This document shows, piece after piece, positions 47,309-57,643 of a DNA stretch of 64,000 nucleotides. Where the stretch lies: positions 8,181-72,180 of the IMG/VR virus record IMGVR_UViG_3300036851_000360; one strand, 5' to 3'. The position numbers were made by a program, and so were the translations under genes. The number at the start of each line of letters is the position of its first letter. The stretch's first letter is position 1. The notes under the pieces are model-generated. The model had not been told where the DNA came from and did no database searches. It was given only the letters and a program-made list of their open reading frames with translations. Origin of the DNA: a virus.

Positions 47309-47589
47309 ACTGGCGATCACAGGCGGCGTGTCTCGACGCCGACCCGGAGTTGTTCGCCGAGCAGAACAGCCACTCGACCGCCGACTGGACGCAGCTTCAG
47401 CGCACAGCGGATACGTACTGCCGTTTCTGCCCTTCCCTCCTTGAGTGCCGAGCTGAGGGGGACGCGAACCAGGAACGCGGCATCTGGGGCGGCCGATACC
47501 GCCGTGAACGGCACGGCAAGGTCAAGATGCGCACCCTCGTGGTCGTCGACACCCGCAAGCCGCGTATGCCGGCGAGGGCAGCGTCATGA
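47305..47589 (+). CDS. whiB: WhiB-family transcription factor
   Basis: 'WR.QAAC...DPELF...C..CP...EC...GIWGG'. Confidence 0.9.
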   Translation: MNWRSQAACLDADPELFAEQNSHSTADWTQLQRTADTYCRFCPSLLECRAEGDANQERGIWGGRYRRERHGKVKMRTLVVVDTRKPRMPARAAS

Positions 47590-47804
47590 ACCTCAGCCCC
47601 CGCGAATGGGACGTCCTCGTCGGCACAGCAGAGGGACTCACCGACGAAGAGATCGGCGCCCGCCTCTACATCACAGCCGGCACGGTGAAGATGTACGCCC
47701 GCCTACTGCGGGCCCGGCTCGGCGCCCGCAACCGCGCCCACGCCGTATCGATCGCCTACCAGCGGGGGCTGCTGGCCACCTCGTTCGAAGAGGTGGCGGC
47801 GTGA
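47586..47804 (+). CDS. LuxR-type HTH protein
   Basis: 'LSPRE.DVL...AEGLT..EIG.RL.I..GTVK......LGARNRAHAV'. Confidence 0.9.
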   Translation: MNLSPREWDVLVGTAEGLTDEEIGARLYITAGTVKMYARLLRARLGARNRAHAVSIAYQRGLLATSFEEVAA

Positions 47805-47808
47805 CCTC

Positions 47809-47991
47809 CTACGCCTCCGGGTCGACGCGCTTCGGGAGCCGAGCTCCGGGCTCGCGCAGCAGCCAAGCGATGACCTCGTTCAGCACCGCCGAGCGGTTCC
47901 GCTCGCCGTATGCCGTGCCGAACTTCTCCCACCGCTCCTTGTCGACGCGGAGGGACCGCACCGGGGTGTGGTCGGGGTTCGGGGACGGCAC
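47809..47991 (-). CDS. Ribbon-helix-helix-like regulator
   Basis: 'TPVRSLRVD..RW..F.......RS.VL...I.W.L..PGA.LP.R'. Confidence 0.65.
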   Translation of the reverse strand: MPSPNPDHTPVRSLRVDKERWEKFGTAYGERNRSAVLNEVIAWLLREPGARLPKRVDPEA

Positions 47992-48008
47992 GGCGTCGAG
48001 CGTAGGTG

Positions 48009-48123
48009 CGTGTCCATACGCAGCACAAACGTTGTCGCCCAACCGGGCCTCCTCGCGTCCCTACAAGTGGACCACGGGGCCGCTTTGCGTGTCCATACAA
48101 GCCTGCGATATCGTGTCCATACA
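48009..48123. promoter_or_regulatory. Divergent promoter region with three CGTGTCCATAC direct repeats
   Basis: Repeats start at 48009, 48088 and 48112; TTGCGT...TATCGT on the plus strand. Confidence 0.55.
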
Positions 48124-48153
48124 CGAACATCCGTTTACCTGTGGGGAAGCCGC

Positions 48154-48474
48154 ATGACCCAGCCGAACGCGATACCCATCGACGACCTCGCAACCTGGGT
48201 CGCCGCCTACCGCGAAGCGTGTCGTAACCGTGATCAATGGGGCGAAGTCGCCGACCGCGCCAAACAGCAGATCACCCAGCAACTCGAGCGCAACGCCGCC
48301 GACATCGGCACCGTCGACGGCCGCCCCGCGGTGAAGTGGACGGCCGTCACCACCCTCCGCCTCGACACCAAGGCACTCAAGGAGAAAGACCCCGAGCTCG
48401 CCGAGCGGTACACCGTCGAGACCACGAGCCGCCGCTTCACCGTCCTCGACACCGGTGAGCCCGGGGCCGCGTGA
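48154..48474 (+). CDS. Hypothetical protein (resembles the C-terminal part of YqaJ-type exonucleases)
   Basis: 'RLDTKALKE..PEL...Y...T.SRRF'. Confidence 0.6.
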   Translation: MTQPNAIPIDDLATWVAAYREACRNRDQWGEVADRAKQQITQQLERNAADIGTVDGRPAVKWTAVTTLRLDTKALKEKDPELAERYTVETTSRRFTVLDTGEPGAA

Positions 48475-48568
48475 TGTGCACCTGCCGCGACCCCCTCGAC
48501 CCGTGCGCACACTGCCAACGGCGGATCGACGACGCCGAGCACGCCCGCGAATACGGGCGTGACGTCTG

Positions 48569-49351
48569 ATGCAGCTGTCCGCGTTCGTGCCCCCGCAGCC
48601 CGACGGGCACCCCATCGCCGCCGCGCTTCGTCAAGCTGTTCTCGACCAGTCCAACCTGGCCCCGCGCAGCCTGCAGCGGGCGCTCGGCCCATCCGAGTAC
48701 GGCGAACCCTGTTCCCGGCGCCTCGCCTACCGGCTCATGGATGAACCGAAGACAAACACGGACTCCGACCCGTGGGCCAGCATCGTCGGCACCGCCACCC
48801 ACGCCTGGCTTGCTGACGCGCTCCTCGCCGACAACGAGCGTTCCGGAGAACTGCGGTGGCTTGTCGAACGTCGCCTCGAGGTCCGCCCCGGGCTCGAAGG
48901 GTCCTGCGACGCCTACGACGTTCGCCGACACGCCGTTGTCGACCACAAGGTCGTCGGCCCCAGCAAGCTACGCGAGTACAAGATCTCCGGCCCATCGGAG
49001 CAGTACCGCAAACAGGTCCACATCTACGGGAAGGGCTACCGGCGCCTCGGCCTACCCGTCCGTGAAGTTGCGATCGCGTTCTACCCCCGAGCAGGGCAAC
49101 TGTCCGGGATGCACGTGTGGTCCGAACCGTTCAACGAGGCCATCGCCGACGAAACCATCGCCCGCGTCGACACCGTGCTGCAGCTCGTCGTCGAGATGGA
49201 CGTCGAACACCACCCCGAGCACTACAAAGCGATCCCACGCCAGCCCGGCCGGAACTGCCTCTACTGCCCGTGGATGCGCCCGGGCCCCGACACCGGCCGC
49301 GCATGCCCCGGTGACACCCAACTCCCCGCGGCCCCTCCGGCCGTGGCCTGA
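48569..49351 (+). CDS. Cas4/RecB-like PD-(D/E)XK exonuclease
   Basis: 'GPSE.G.PC.R.L.Y', 'GTA.H', 'GSCD...VVDHK', 'Q.H.YG.G', 'C.YCP'. Confidence 0.85.
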   Translation: MQLSAFVPPQPDGHPIAAALRQAVLDQSNLAPRSLQRALGPSEYGEPCSRRLAYRLMDEPKTNTDSDPWASIVGTATHAWLADALLADNERSGELRWLVERRLEVRPGLEGSCDAYDVRRHAVVDHKVVGPSKLREYKISGPSEQYRKQVHIYGKGYRRLGLPVREVAIAFYPRAGQLSGMHVWSEPFNEAIADETIARVDTVLQLVVEMDVEHHPEHYKAIPRQPGRNCLYCPWMRPGPDTGRACPGDTQLPAAPPAVA

Positions 49352-49376
49352 GAAACCCGAAACAGGAGACAGGAAC

Positions 49377-50003
49377 ATGGAACTCGGCACCTTCGCGCCC
49401 CGCCCCCGTGAAGAGATGGTCGGCGACCAGCTGCAGGCAAAGGAAGCCATCGGCAAGACGCTCGTCGTGTTCGTCCGCGAACACAAGACCGGCATCAAGA
49501 CCAAGTTCAACCAGGACCCCAAGGAGAAGGGCTACAAGCCCGACGGCGGGGACGGAGTCATCGTCGACGTCGCCGACGTCAACACCAACGAGGTATGGAT
49601 CGACGTGTTGTGGCTCAACGGGGCTGTGGTGGACAACCTCGCCCCGTACGTCGGGCAGGCCGTCCCCATTGAGCTGGTGTGGACGCCCAGCCAGAAGGGC
49701 GGCAACCCGTTCATCGGTGTTGCAGCCCTCGAGGGTCTCCGACTGCAGACGGCGCAGCAGTGGGCCGCAGCGAACCCCACCCGGTTCGACACCGAGCGGG
49801 CGCAGCGTAAGGCTACCGTCGACGCACACGTCGCACCTGCGGCCGCCGCGCCAGCCCCGCTGCTGACGGTTCCGGTTGCCCCCGCGGCCGCACCCCCGGC
49901 CCCTGCTGCACCGGCTCCGGCTGCGGCGCTCAACCCGAACGACCCAGCAGTCGCGCAGCTCCTCGCACAGCTCCAGGCACAGCAGACGACAGCCGCCTCC
50001 TAG
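49377..50003 (+). CDS. Hypothetical protein, possibly ssDNA-binding or annealing
   Basis: Follows the exonuclease; Ala/Pro-rich C-terminal tail; function inferred from synteny only. Confidence 0.5.
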   Translation: MELGTFAPRPREEMVGDQLQAKEAIGKTLVVFVREHKTGIKTKFNQDPKEKGYKPDGGDGVIVDVADVNTNEVWIDVLWLNGAVVDNLAPYVGQAVPIELVWTPSQKGGNPFIGVAALEGLRLQTAQQWAAANPTRFDTERAQRKATVDAHVAPAAAAPAPLLTVPVAPAAAPPAPAAPAPAAALNPNDPAVAQLLAQLQAQQTTAAS

Positions 50004-50108
50004 AACGACGGGCGGTGAGCCTGCCGCCTCGGCTGCACAAGTCGAGGCGGCGGACTGAACGCCCGTCGCTCCCCAAGCACACACGGGCAGGAACGGAAGA
50101 GGTGACCC

Positions 50109-50699
50109 ATGACGCCGAGGAAGTCCGGCATCCCCACTGAGTATTCCGGGACCACGTTCCGGTCCCGTCTCGAGGCCCGGTGGGCCCGATTTTTCGACGG
50201 CATCGGCTGGAACTGGGAGTACGAACCGTTCGACGCGGACGGCTACATTCCCGATTTCCTCATCCTCGGCCGCTCCTCTCTCCTCATCGAGATCAAGCCC
50301 TACGGCGACCTGAGGATGCTTGTCGAGGAGGCTGATCGGGTCCGGCCCCTCGTTGGGCTCGGCTGGTCCGGGCACTTCGCGGTGTTCGGTGTCAACCCAC
50401 TCCTCGACCTGAACGGCTCGATGGGGCGTCCTGGACCAGGGGTCTATGTGACCGGCGGATCCGACTGGGGATCACCCGCAAGCGAGTCCGCGCTCGGTTG
50501 GACCGACTGTGGCTATGTCACGAACTACGGCAGCCACGGGCAGGAATGCGGTGCCATGTCCGTGTTCCACCAGACGGACAGCTACCAGGCGATCCCATGC
50601 GGCCACGCAGATGGGGACCACCACCTCGGCGAACCTCAACTCAGCTACATCAACACCATCTGGACCGCCGGACGCGACGCGACGAAGTGGTCGGCGTGA
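50109..50699 (+). CDS. PD-(D/E)XK nuclease-like protein
   Basis: 'FRSRLEARWA.FFD...W.W.YEP....GYIPDF......EIKP'. Confidence 0.8.
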   Translation: MTPRKSGIPTEYSGTTFRSRLEARWARFFDGIGWNWEYEPFDADGYIPDFLILGRSSLLIEIKPYGDLRMLVEEADRVRPLVGLGWSGHFAVFGVNPLLDLNGSMGRPGPGVYVTGGSDWGSPASESALGWTDCGYVTNYGSHGQECGAMSVFHQTDSYQAIPCGHADGDHHLGEPQLSYINTIWTAGRDATKWSA

Positions 50700-53236
50700 C
50701 GAGCGCAGACACCACCTACGACGGGGCCCTCGCCTGGTGGGACGCGGGCTGCAGCGTCGTCCGCGTCGCCCTCGACGGCACCAAGCGCCCCGACGGCGTC
50801 TGGAAGCAGTACCAGCGCGAACGCGCCGACCGCGACACCATCCACCGATGGTTCACCGCCGGCCACTCCGGCGTCGGCATCGTCTGCGGCGCCGTGTCCG
50901 GCAACCTCGAAATGCTTGAGCTCGAGGGCCGCGCCATCACCGAGGGCGTCCTGCAGCAGATGGTCGCCGCGTGTGACCAGCTCGGCGTCGGCGACCTGTG
51001 GCGCACCCTCACCACCACCTGCGCAGAAGCCAGCCCCTCCGGCGGCCTCCACGTCTTCTACCGCGTCCCCGACGGCGTCGCCGGCAACACCAAGCTCGCG
51101 CAACGCCTCGCCCACGACGACGAGTACACCGCCGAGGAACACGAACTCGCAGCCAAGGGCAAGACCATCGTCCGCGGCCTCATCGAAACCCGCGGCGAAG
51201 GCGGCTTCGTCGTCGTCGCCCCCAGCCACAGCACCGTCCACCCCACCGGCAAGCCCTACACCTTCATCGCCGGCAACCCCGCCACGATCCCCACCATCAC
51301 CGGGGAACAGCGCGACCTCCTGCACATCGCCGCCCGAACCTGCGACCAGCTCCCGGCACCCGCAGCCATCCCCGAACCCGTCATCCTCGAGCAGCGCCGC
51401 ACCGACGGAGGCACCAGCCCCGGCGACGACTACAACACCCGCGGCTCCTGGGCCGAACTGCTCACCGAACACGGATGGACCCGAGTGTGGGGCGACCACA
51501 CCCGCACCTACTGGCGCCGCCCCGGCAAGAACTTCGGCATCTCCGCCGTCACCGGCGGCACCGAAGGTGACTACTTCTACTCCTGGACAACCTCCAGCGT
51601 GCTCCCCGCCGAAGAGGCCATGTCGAAGTGGCGGGTGTACGCCGTCCTCGAACACGCAGGCGACTTCCACGCCGCAGCCAAGACACTCAAGAGCCGCGGC
51701 TACGGGCAGGCCCCACCGCCGCCCACCCGGCCCGTACTCACCACCGTCCCCATGGGCAGCAGCACCCACACCAACGGCAGCAGCGCCCTCGCCCCGCAGG
51801 TTGCAGAACAGGCCTCAAATAATATTCCGGCCGACGCCACCCTCGAACGTTCCGACGACGGCAACGCCCTCGCCCTCGTCGACCAGTACGGCACCCGCAT
51901 CCGGTACTGCCCCGAACGCGGCCGCTGGCTGCACTGGACCGGGAACCGGTGGGAATGGTGCCCCTCCGGCGGCGGTGTCGTCCGTGAGTACGCCAAGCAC
52001 ATCGCCCGCAGCCTCCCCGACGACGACAACGCGGCGATGAAGCACAAGCAGCGCAGCCTCGGCGCCATAGGCACCACGGCCATGCTCATCCAGGCCGCCA
52101 CCGACCAACGTGTCGTCGTCGCACTCGACGAGCTCGATGCCCGCCCCTACGAGCTCAACACCCCCGTCGGGATCGTCGACCTTCGCACCGGCGACACCAG
52201 CCCTGCCGACCCCACCCACCTGCACACCCGCATCACTAAAGCCGCACCCGACGCGGACGCAGACCCCAGCAGGTGGCTCACCTTCCTCGCAGACACCTTC
52301 GAAGGCCACCAAGAGCTGCCCGCCTACATGCAGCGCCTCGTCGGCTACTCCGTCACCGGTGTCGTCCGCGACCACGTGCTGCCGTTCCTGTTCGGCGCCG
52401 GCGCCAACGGCAAGGGCGTGTTCCTCGAGACCATGCGTGCCGTCCTCGGCGACTACGCCACGACCGCGCCGTCCGGGTTCCTGATGGCGAAAAACTACGC
52501 CGGCCACGAAACCGAGATCGCCCGTCTCGCCGGAGCGCGCATGGTCGTCTGCTCCGAAATCAACGAAGGCGACCGGTTCGACGAAGCCAAGGTCAAGCAG
52601 CTCACCGGCGGAGACGCGCTGACCGCACGGTTCATGCGGCAAGACCACTTCACGTTCACCCCGACCCACAAGCTGTGGCTGATGGGCAACCACCAGCCCT
52701 CCGTCACCTCCGGCGGCCACTCGTTCTGGCGGCGGCTGCGGATCGTGCCATTCGTCAACACTGTGCCCGAGGAGAAGCGGGTCGACGACCTGCAGGGAAT
52801 CCTCGCCACCCAGCACGGCGGCGCCATCCTGCACTGGATCGTCACCGGCGCTGCGGCCTACTTCACCGACGGTCTCCAGGAACCCGAGTCGGTGCGCGCC
52901 GCAACCGAGGAATACGCCAACGAGCAGGACACGGTGGCTCGGTTCGTCGCGGACCGATGCCACCTCGGGCCCCGCGAACATCTGCGGATGAAGGTCGGGA
53001 CCTTGCGGGCGGCCTACGAGGCATGGTGCTCCGACGAGGGCGACCCAGCGGTGAAACCACGCACGTTCGGCCTGACCCTGCGCACCCGGTTCGGAGTGGA
53101 GGCGACCCGGACGAATCGGGACCGCTTCTACACCGGCATCGCCCTGCTCGCGGAGCGTGACGAAGAGGAGGGTGACCGGCCCGACGATGCGTCACCCGCA
53201 CCTGAGAGGCGGGACCTGGCGTGGGGCCTCGGGTGA
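50696..53236 (+). CDS. Bifunctional prim-pol fused to P4/D5-family primase-helicase
   Basis: 'GIVCG.VSG', 'SPSGGLH', 'ETRGEGG.VV.APS'; 'G.GANGK.VF', 'K.LTGGD...ARFM', 'FWRR'. Confidence 0.92.
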   Translation: MTSADTTYDGALAWWDAGCSVVRVALDGTKRPDGVWKQYQRERADRDTIHRWFTAGHSGVGIVCGAVSGNLEMLELEGRAITEGVLQQMVAACDQLGVGDLWRTLTTTCAEASPSGGLHVFYRVPDGVAGNTKLAQRLAHDDEYTAEEHELAAKGKTIVRGLIETRGEGGFVVVAPSHSTVHPTGKPYTFIAGNPATIPTITGEQRDLLHIAARTCDQLPAPAAIPEPVILEQRRTDGGTSPGDDYNTRGSWAELLTEHGWTRVWGDHTRTYWRRPGKNFGISAVTGGTEGDYFYSWTTSSVLPAEEAMSKWRVYAVLEHAGDFHAAAKTLKSRGYGQAPPPPTRPVLTTVPMGSSTHTNGSSALAPQVAEQASNNIPADATLERSDDGNALALVDQYGTRIRYCPERGRWLHWTGNRWEWCPSGGGVVREYAKHIARSLPDDDNAAMKHKQRSLGAIGTTAMLIQAATDQRVVVALDELDARPYELNTPVGIVDLRTGDTSPADPTHLHTRITKAAPDADADPSRWLTFLADTFEGHQELPAYMQRLVGYSVTGVVRDHVLPFLFGAGANGKGVFLETMRAVLGDYATTAPSGFLMAKNYAGHETEIARLAGARMVVCSEINEGDRFDEAKVKQLTGGDALTARFMRQDHFTFTPTHKLWLMGNHQPSVTSGGHSFWRRLRIVPFVNTVPEEKRVDDLQGILATQHGGAILHWIVTGAAAYFTDGLQEPESVRAATEEYANEQDTVARFVADRCHLGPREHLRMKVGTLRAAYEAWCSDEGDPAVKPRTFGLTLRTRFGVEATRTNRDRFYTGIALLAERDEEEGDRPDDASPAPERRDLAWGLG

Positions 53237-53535
53237 CGGATCAGGCGCTTCAATGCGTCACCCCTCGGGGTGACAGAGGTGACGCATCGTTTCAAGATCA
53301 CGCCGTCGCTTCATGGAGTGATCTACGAATCATCCGTCACCAGCGTCATCGAACAGACTGCCCACAGGCCCGGGTGACGCAAGTGACGCAACTTCTGACT
53401 TATCAGAGCCGTAGGAATTTCGGTGACACAGGTGACGCATCGTTTCAAGATCACCCCTCGCGCATGCGCGCAAGGACCCTGATAAGGGAAGTTGCGTCAC
53501 CTGTGTCACCCCGTCACCGAGACGAGGTGACACAC
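53233..53535. repeat. Iteron-rich putative replication origin
   Basis: About a dozen GTGAC(G/A)CA or TGCGTCAC units; 33-bp repeat at 53269-53301 and 53422-53454 with one mismatch. Confidence 0.65.
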
Positions 53536-53536
53536 A

Positions 53537-53989
53537 GTGGTCGCTAACTCGCGACACCTCGTCACCACCACCCCACGACGAACCACCTGCCACCGATGCA
53601 AACGCATCGTCCTCGAAGGCACCGAGATGGGCGCCCCCTACTGCGTCGACGCCATCCCCCTCAACCTCCCCGGCGAACTCGATGCGCGCCTCAACGGCCG
53701 CAACACCTACCGAATCCTCGCCGGCCGGATCGCCCTCCGCGAACCCGACGACATCGCCGCCGACACCCGCAAAGGACGCCCCCCCGTCTGCGCCACACAC
53801 AGCTGCGCGCCCATCAACCCGGCGCACATCGACCCCAACCACGTCGCCACCTTCGCCACCTTGATCGCCGAGACACCCAAACAGACACCAGACGAGACAA
53901 ACGAGCAACACACCATGTTCGTCCTCAGCGGCGAGCTCCGCGGAACACGCCTCATCGCAGTCACCGACACCGACCGCCCACCCTTTTAA
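53537..53989 (+). CDS. Hypothetical Zn-binding protein
   Basis: CxxC...HxC motif; GAGG RBS. Confidence 0.55.
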   Translation: MVANSRHLVTTTPRRTTCHRCKRIVLEGTEMGAPYCVDAIPLNLPGELDARLNGRNTYRILAGRIALREPDDIAADTRKGRPPVCATHSCAPINPAHIDPNHVATFATLIAETPKQTPDETNEQHTMFVLSGELRGTRLIAVTDTDRPPF

Positions 53990-53999
53990 GGAGAACCAG

Positions 54000-54236
54000 A
54001 TGCCCCGGCTCACGCCACGCCAGCACCGCATCCTCACCTACATCCGAGACCACACCCGCGAAGTCGGCTACCCGCCGACCGTCCGCGAGATCGGCGAGCA
54101 CACGGGGCTGGCCTCCACCGCCTCCGTGCACCGGCATCTGCTCCGGCTTGAGGAGAAGGGGCTTCTGCGCCGAAGAGCAGCCGGACGTTCCCGTGCCGTC
54201 GTCCTCACCAGGCCCACCGCGCCTGAGGCGGCGTGA
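54000..54236 (+). CDS. Stand-alone LexA DNA-binding domain
   Basis: 'LTPRQ.RIL.YI......[10 protein letters not shown]...GL.S.ASV..HL..LE.KG'; no peptidase domain. Confidence 0.85.
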   Translation: MPRLTPRQHRILTYIRDHTREVGYPPTVREIGEHTGLASTASVHRHLLRLEEKGLLRRRAAGRSRAVVLTRPTAPEAA

Positions 54237-56615
54237 CCGAACCTCAGCCGCTCGGCCGTCTCCTCCCCGGAGTGCTCGCCGACCTTGCCCGACGTCACGG
54301 CCACCACCCACCCACCACCCTCACAGACAGGACACCCATGACCGAGAAGATCCGCATCATCCCGGGGTGGACGCTCCAGGCCCGCTACGACGACGAGCGC
54401 CTGCTGCATGTCGAGCCGAGCCACAACCACGAGGTCTCCATCAAGATCGGCGATCAGGAGGCTGTGTTCGTTGACGGGCTCGACCTCCTCCGCGTCGTGT
54501 CGAAGGTCGTGCTTGAAGGGCTGTATGGGCCGTCGCCGACCGAGACCGATCGGGGTGCCGCGTGAACGCCGCCAACCCCATCGACGTCGACTCGCTACTC
54601 GCTTCGCTCGACCCAGCGCTGGCCGATTCGGGGGAGAACCAGTGGGGCAGCGCGAACCTCGAGAGCTGCGGCGAGTGCCCGTCCTGCGCGCCCGACCCGC
54701 TCTACGAGGCCGCGAACCTGCTGTTCCGGCACCGTCACAACCTCGCCCCCGACGTGCTTCGCACCCTCGCCAGCGTCTGGCAGTGCGGGTCGGCTTCCCG
54801 GTACGGCGAACCCCACGAAGAGTTCTGGGCCGACCAGGACGACTTCTACGCCGGCCACGACGTCGACGAGTGCGAGGCCGAGAACCAGGCAGGTGCCGCG
54901 TGATCCGCTGCGCGCGCTGCAAGCGCTTCACGAGCAACAACGTCGCCCTCCGCGGATTCGACGCGATCAAATCCGCCCACGGTGACTGCAAACGCTGCGG
55001 GCCCAAAGTCCCCGTCGATTGGGAGCACTGGGAGGACTGGGGTTGGTCCGACGATGAGGAAGAGGCGTTCGCCGACCGGCTCATCGCAGCGATCGAGGCA
55101 GGTGCCGCGTGAACGCCCTCGACCGCGCCCAAACCTACGCCGCGATCTTCCTCCAGGCCGGTGACCGCTGGCGCAACTACGTGCCCGTCGACGCAACCGT
55201 CACCGGCGACACCGTCCACCTCCAAGGCATCCGCATGGAACGCGGCAACAACGGGTGGCGGCTCGAAACCAACGACGAGGCGTGGATCGTCCGCGCGAAG
55301 GAGACGGCAGCGTGACCGCCACAACAGCCACCTACGTTGAGTACGAGCTCCCGGGCGTGTTCGTCGCCGAGCAGGACCGCCGACCCGTCTCCAGCCGGGA
55401 TCCACGAAAGGCAGCCGAGACTGCGCCGCGACAGGCGTTCGCGTTCACCTTCTACGACGTCGTAGTCGCCACCGCCTACGTCGACGACGAGGAGGTCACC
55501 ACAACCAGCCGGAGCCGGAGCCGCAGCGGCCGCTATTTCATCGACGGCGAGCAGTTCGACGCCGCTGGAGTCGAGGCGCTCCCGGGGGACCACCACATCT
55601 TGCTCGCGAACATGCGCGGCAACGGGTGGGAGCACGTCGTCCGCTGCCGGACCGGAAACTTCCAGCCGATGCAGCCGGGTGACGAGATTGTCTCGACTGG
55701 TGGTGCCGCGTGACCGCCCGGATCTGCTGGTGGTGCGGTCAACTCGACGACCTGCGGCCACACCCCCGCACCGGCGCCCCGCAGCGCTGTCCCTGCAACG
55801 CGAACACCGTCACCCCGTTCGACGTCGAGGTGCGGCACCGCAAAGCGGTCCGCGCCGCCAGAGCCCGCGACTGGGCCGGTAACGCCGGCGACCGCACACG
55901 GCCGCGGGTCATCGGCGCGAACTTCGGCAGGAGGCGAGCCGCATGACCCTCAGCACCTTCAACGCGATCCTCGGCCCGCTCACACTGGTCCTCGCGATCA
56001 CCTTCACCGTCCAAGCGGTGCGCTGGATCCGCGCCCTCGTCAAGGCTGACACCGAGATCAGCGACGAACTCCGCCTGATCATCGAGGACCTCCGCAGCCG
56101 CGACCCGCAACTGGAAGACGTGCTCGAACTGTCGCTGCACAAGCTCGACGACTGGGAGCGGCGCATGCAGCGGCTTCGACACCTCACCCTGCTCACGCTG
56201 GTGCGGAGGAAGCCGTGAACGACCCGCTAGAGAGCCGTCTCCGCGAGGTCCTGGTCGCTGCTCAGGCCCGGTTTCGGAAGCAGTGCGGCATGGGTGTCAT
56301 CGTCACCCCGATCATCCCCAACCCCCTCATCGACCAGGTCGCCCAAGGGTTGGCACCCGTGCTGCGGGACCTGGTCCGGGAAGCCGTGAGGACCGAACTG
56401 CAGGGGGAGGGGTTGTGATGGATGTGGGCGATGCGCTGATCGAAGCCGACGACGCGGCGCGATACGGAGACAGCGTTGGTCCGTCGATTGCAGCAACCCT
56501 CGCAGCGGAGGTGCGTCGGCTGCAGGCGATGGAGTGTCGGGCTCGAGAGGTGGCCGTGCAGGGCAGCGACGTTGGCGCGTCGGTCGCCCGCTACATCCTC
56601 GGGGAGTCGTCGTGA
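54233..56615 (+). other. Run of small genes (54233-54565, 54562-54903, 54900-55112, 55109-55315, 55312-55713, 55710-55946, 55943-56218, 56215-56418, 56418-56615)
   Basis: GTGA/ATGA overlap-coupled ORFs. Confidence 0.6.
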
Positions 56616-57301
56616 CCGACCCGACCGCCGCCCAGCCGTGGACCGTCACCCTCGCCTGGACCCCTGACCAGAACTCCGGGCGCGTCTCCACCCTGGACCG
56701 GCGGGTGCCGCTGTTCGCGATCGCCCGAGCCGTGCGCGCGGGGGATGCGCTCGACGAGATCGCCGACGACTACGACCTCACCGTCCAGCAGGTCTGGGTG
56801 ATTGTGCAGCTGGTCAGCGAGGTGGACCTGACCGACGAGCCTCGCTGCTCCTGCCCACCCATGGACGTCACCCCGCAGGAGATCGAGGCCGCGCGGGGCG
56901 GGCTGGGTCTGGTGATGTTCGTCCCCGGCCGCCCGGCCCCACAAGGCTCCAAGCGGCACGTCGGGAACGGGATCCTCCTCGAGTCGTCCAGGGCCGTCGC
57001 CCCGTGGCGCACCACAGTGGCCTGGCACGCCGCTGACGCATTCCGCGGCGCACCGCTCGACGGGCCGATCGTGGCCCGGTTCGAGTTCGTTATGCCCCGC
57101 CCCACCTCGCTGCCCAAGCGCAAGCCCACACCGCCGCACACGAAACGCCCCGACGTCGACAAGCTCGCCCGCGCCGTTATGGACGCCCTCAGCGGTGTGG
57201 TGTGGCGGGACGACTCCCAGGTGACCGACATGCACCCGACGAAGCGGTACGCCGAGCTCGACGAGCAGCCCGGCGTCAACATCCGAGTGAGGACCGCATG
57301 A
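56612..57301 (+). CDS. rusA: RusA Holliday junction resolvase with N-terminal DUF433-like domain
   Basis: 'PG.PAPQGSK', 'RPDVDKLARAVMDAL.G..W.DDSQV'; N-terminal 'RVP...I...AG...EIA.DY.L'. Confidence 0.85.
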   Translation: MTDPTAAQPWTVTLAWTPDQNSGRVSTLDRRVPLFAIARAVRAGDALDEIADDYDLTVQQVWVIVQLVSEVDLTDEPRCSCPPMDVTPQEIEAARGGLGLVMFVPGRPAPQGSKRHVGNGILLESSRAVAPWRTTVAWHAADAFRGAPLDGPIVARFEFVMPRPTSLPKRKPTPPHTKRPDVDKLARAVMDALSGVVWRDDSQVTDMHPTKRYAELDEQPGVNIRVRTA

Positions 57302-57643
57302 CCCAGCCGCACTGGGACTGGCTCCACGGGCCCGCCGACCAACCCGACCCGCGTGTCGGGGAACGGTCGGCGTCCGCCGCCCACCAGGACCGTCCGAGTC
57401 AGCCAGGCACGGCGTGGGACTACTGGCTGCACCAACCGGTCCGTGAACTGAGCGAGGAGGCCTCGTGACGAACTTGAACGCGCTCATCGACTCCCTCGGC
57501 CCAATCGCCCGCCGCCCAGACGAGGCCCGCCTCGCTGTCCTGCACGTGCTCCGCCGCGTTGATGGGGGGCAGCTCACCGCCAGGCAGGCACGCGAGGCCC
57601 TAGAAGCGCTCGGGCTGATCACACCTCAGACAGGAGAAACCAC

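Noticed and set aside
48569-49351. Cas4-like gene as part of a CRISPR-Cas system
   Set aside because: No repeat-spacer array or other cas genes seen; solo Cas4/RecB-like exonucleases are common in actinophage recombination modules
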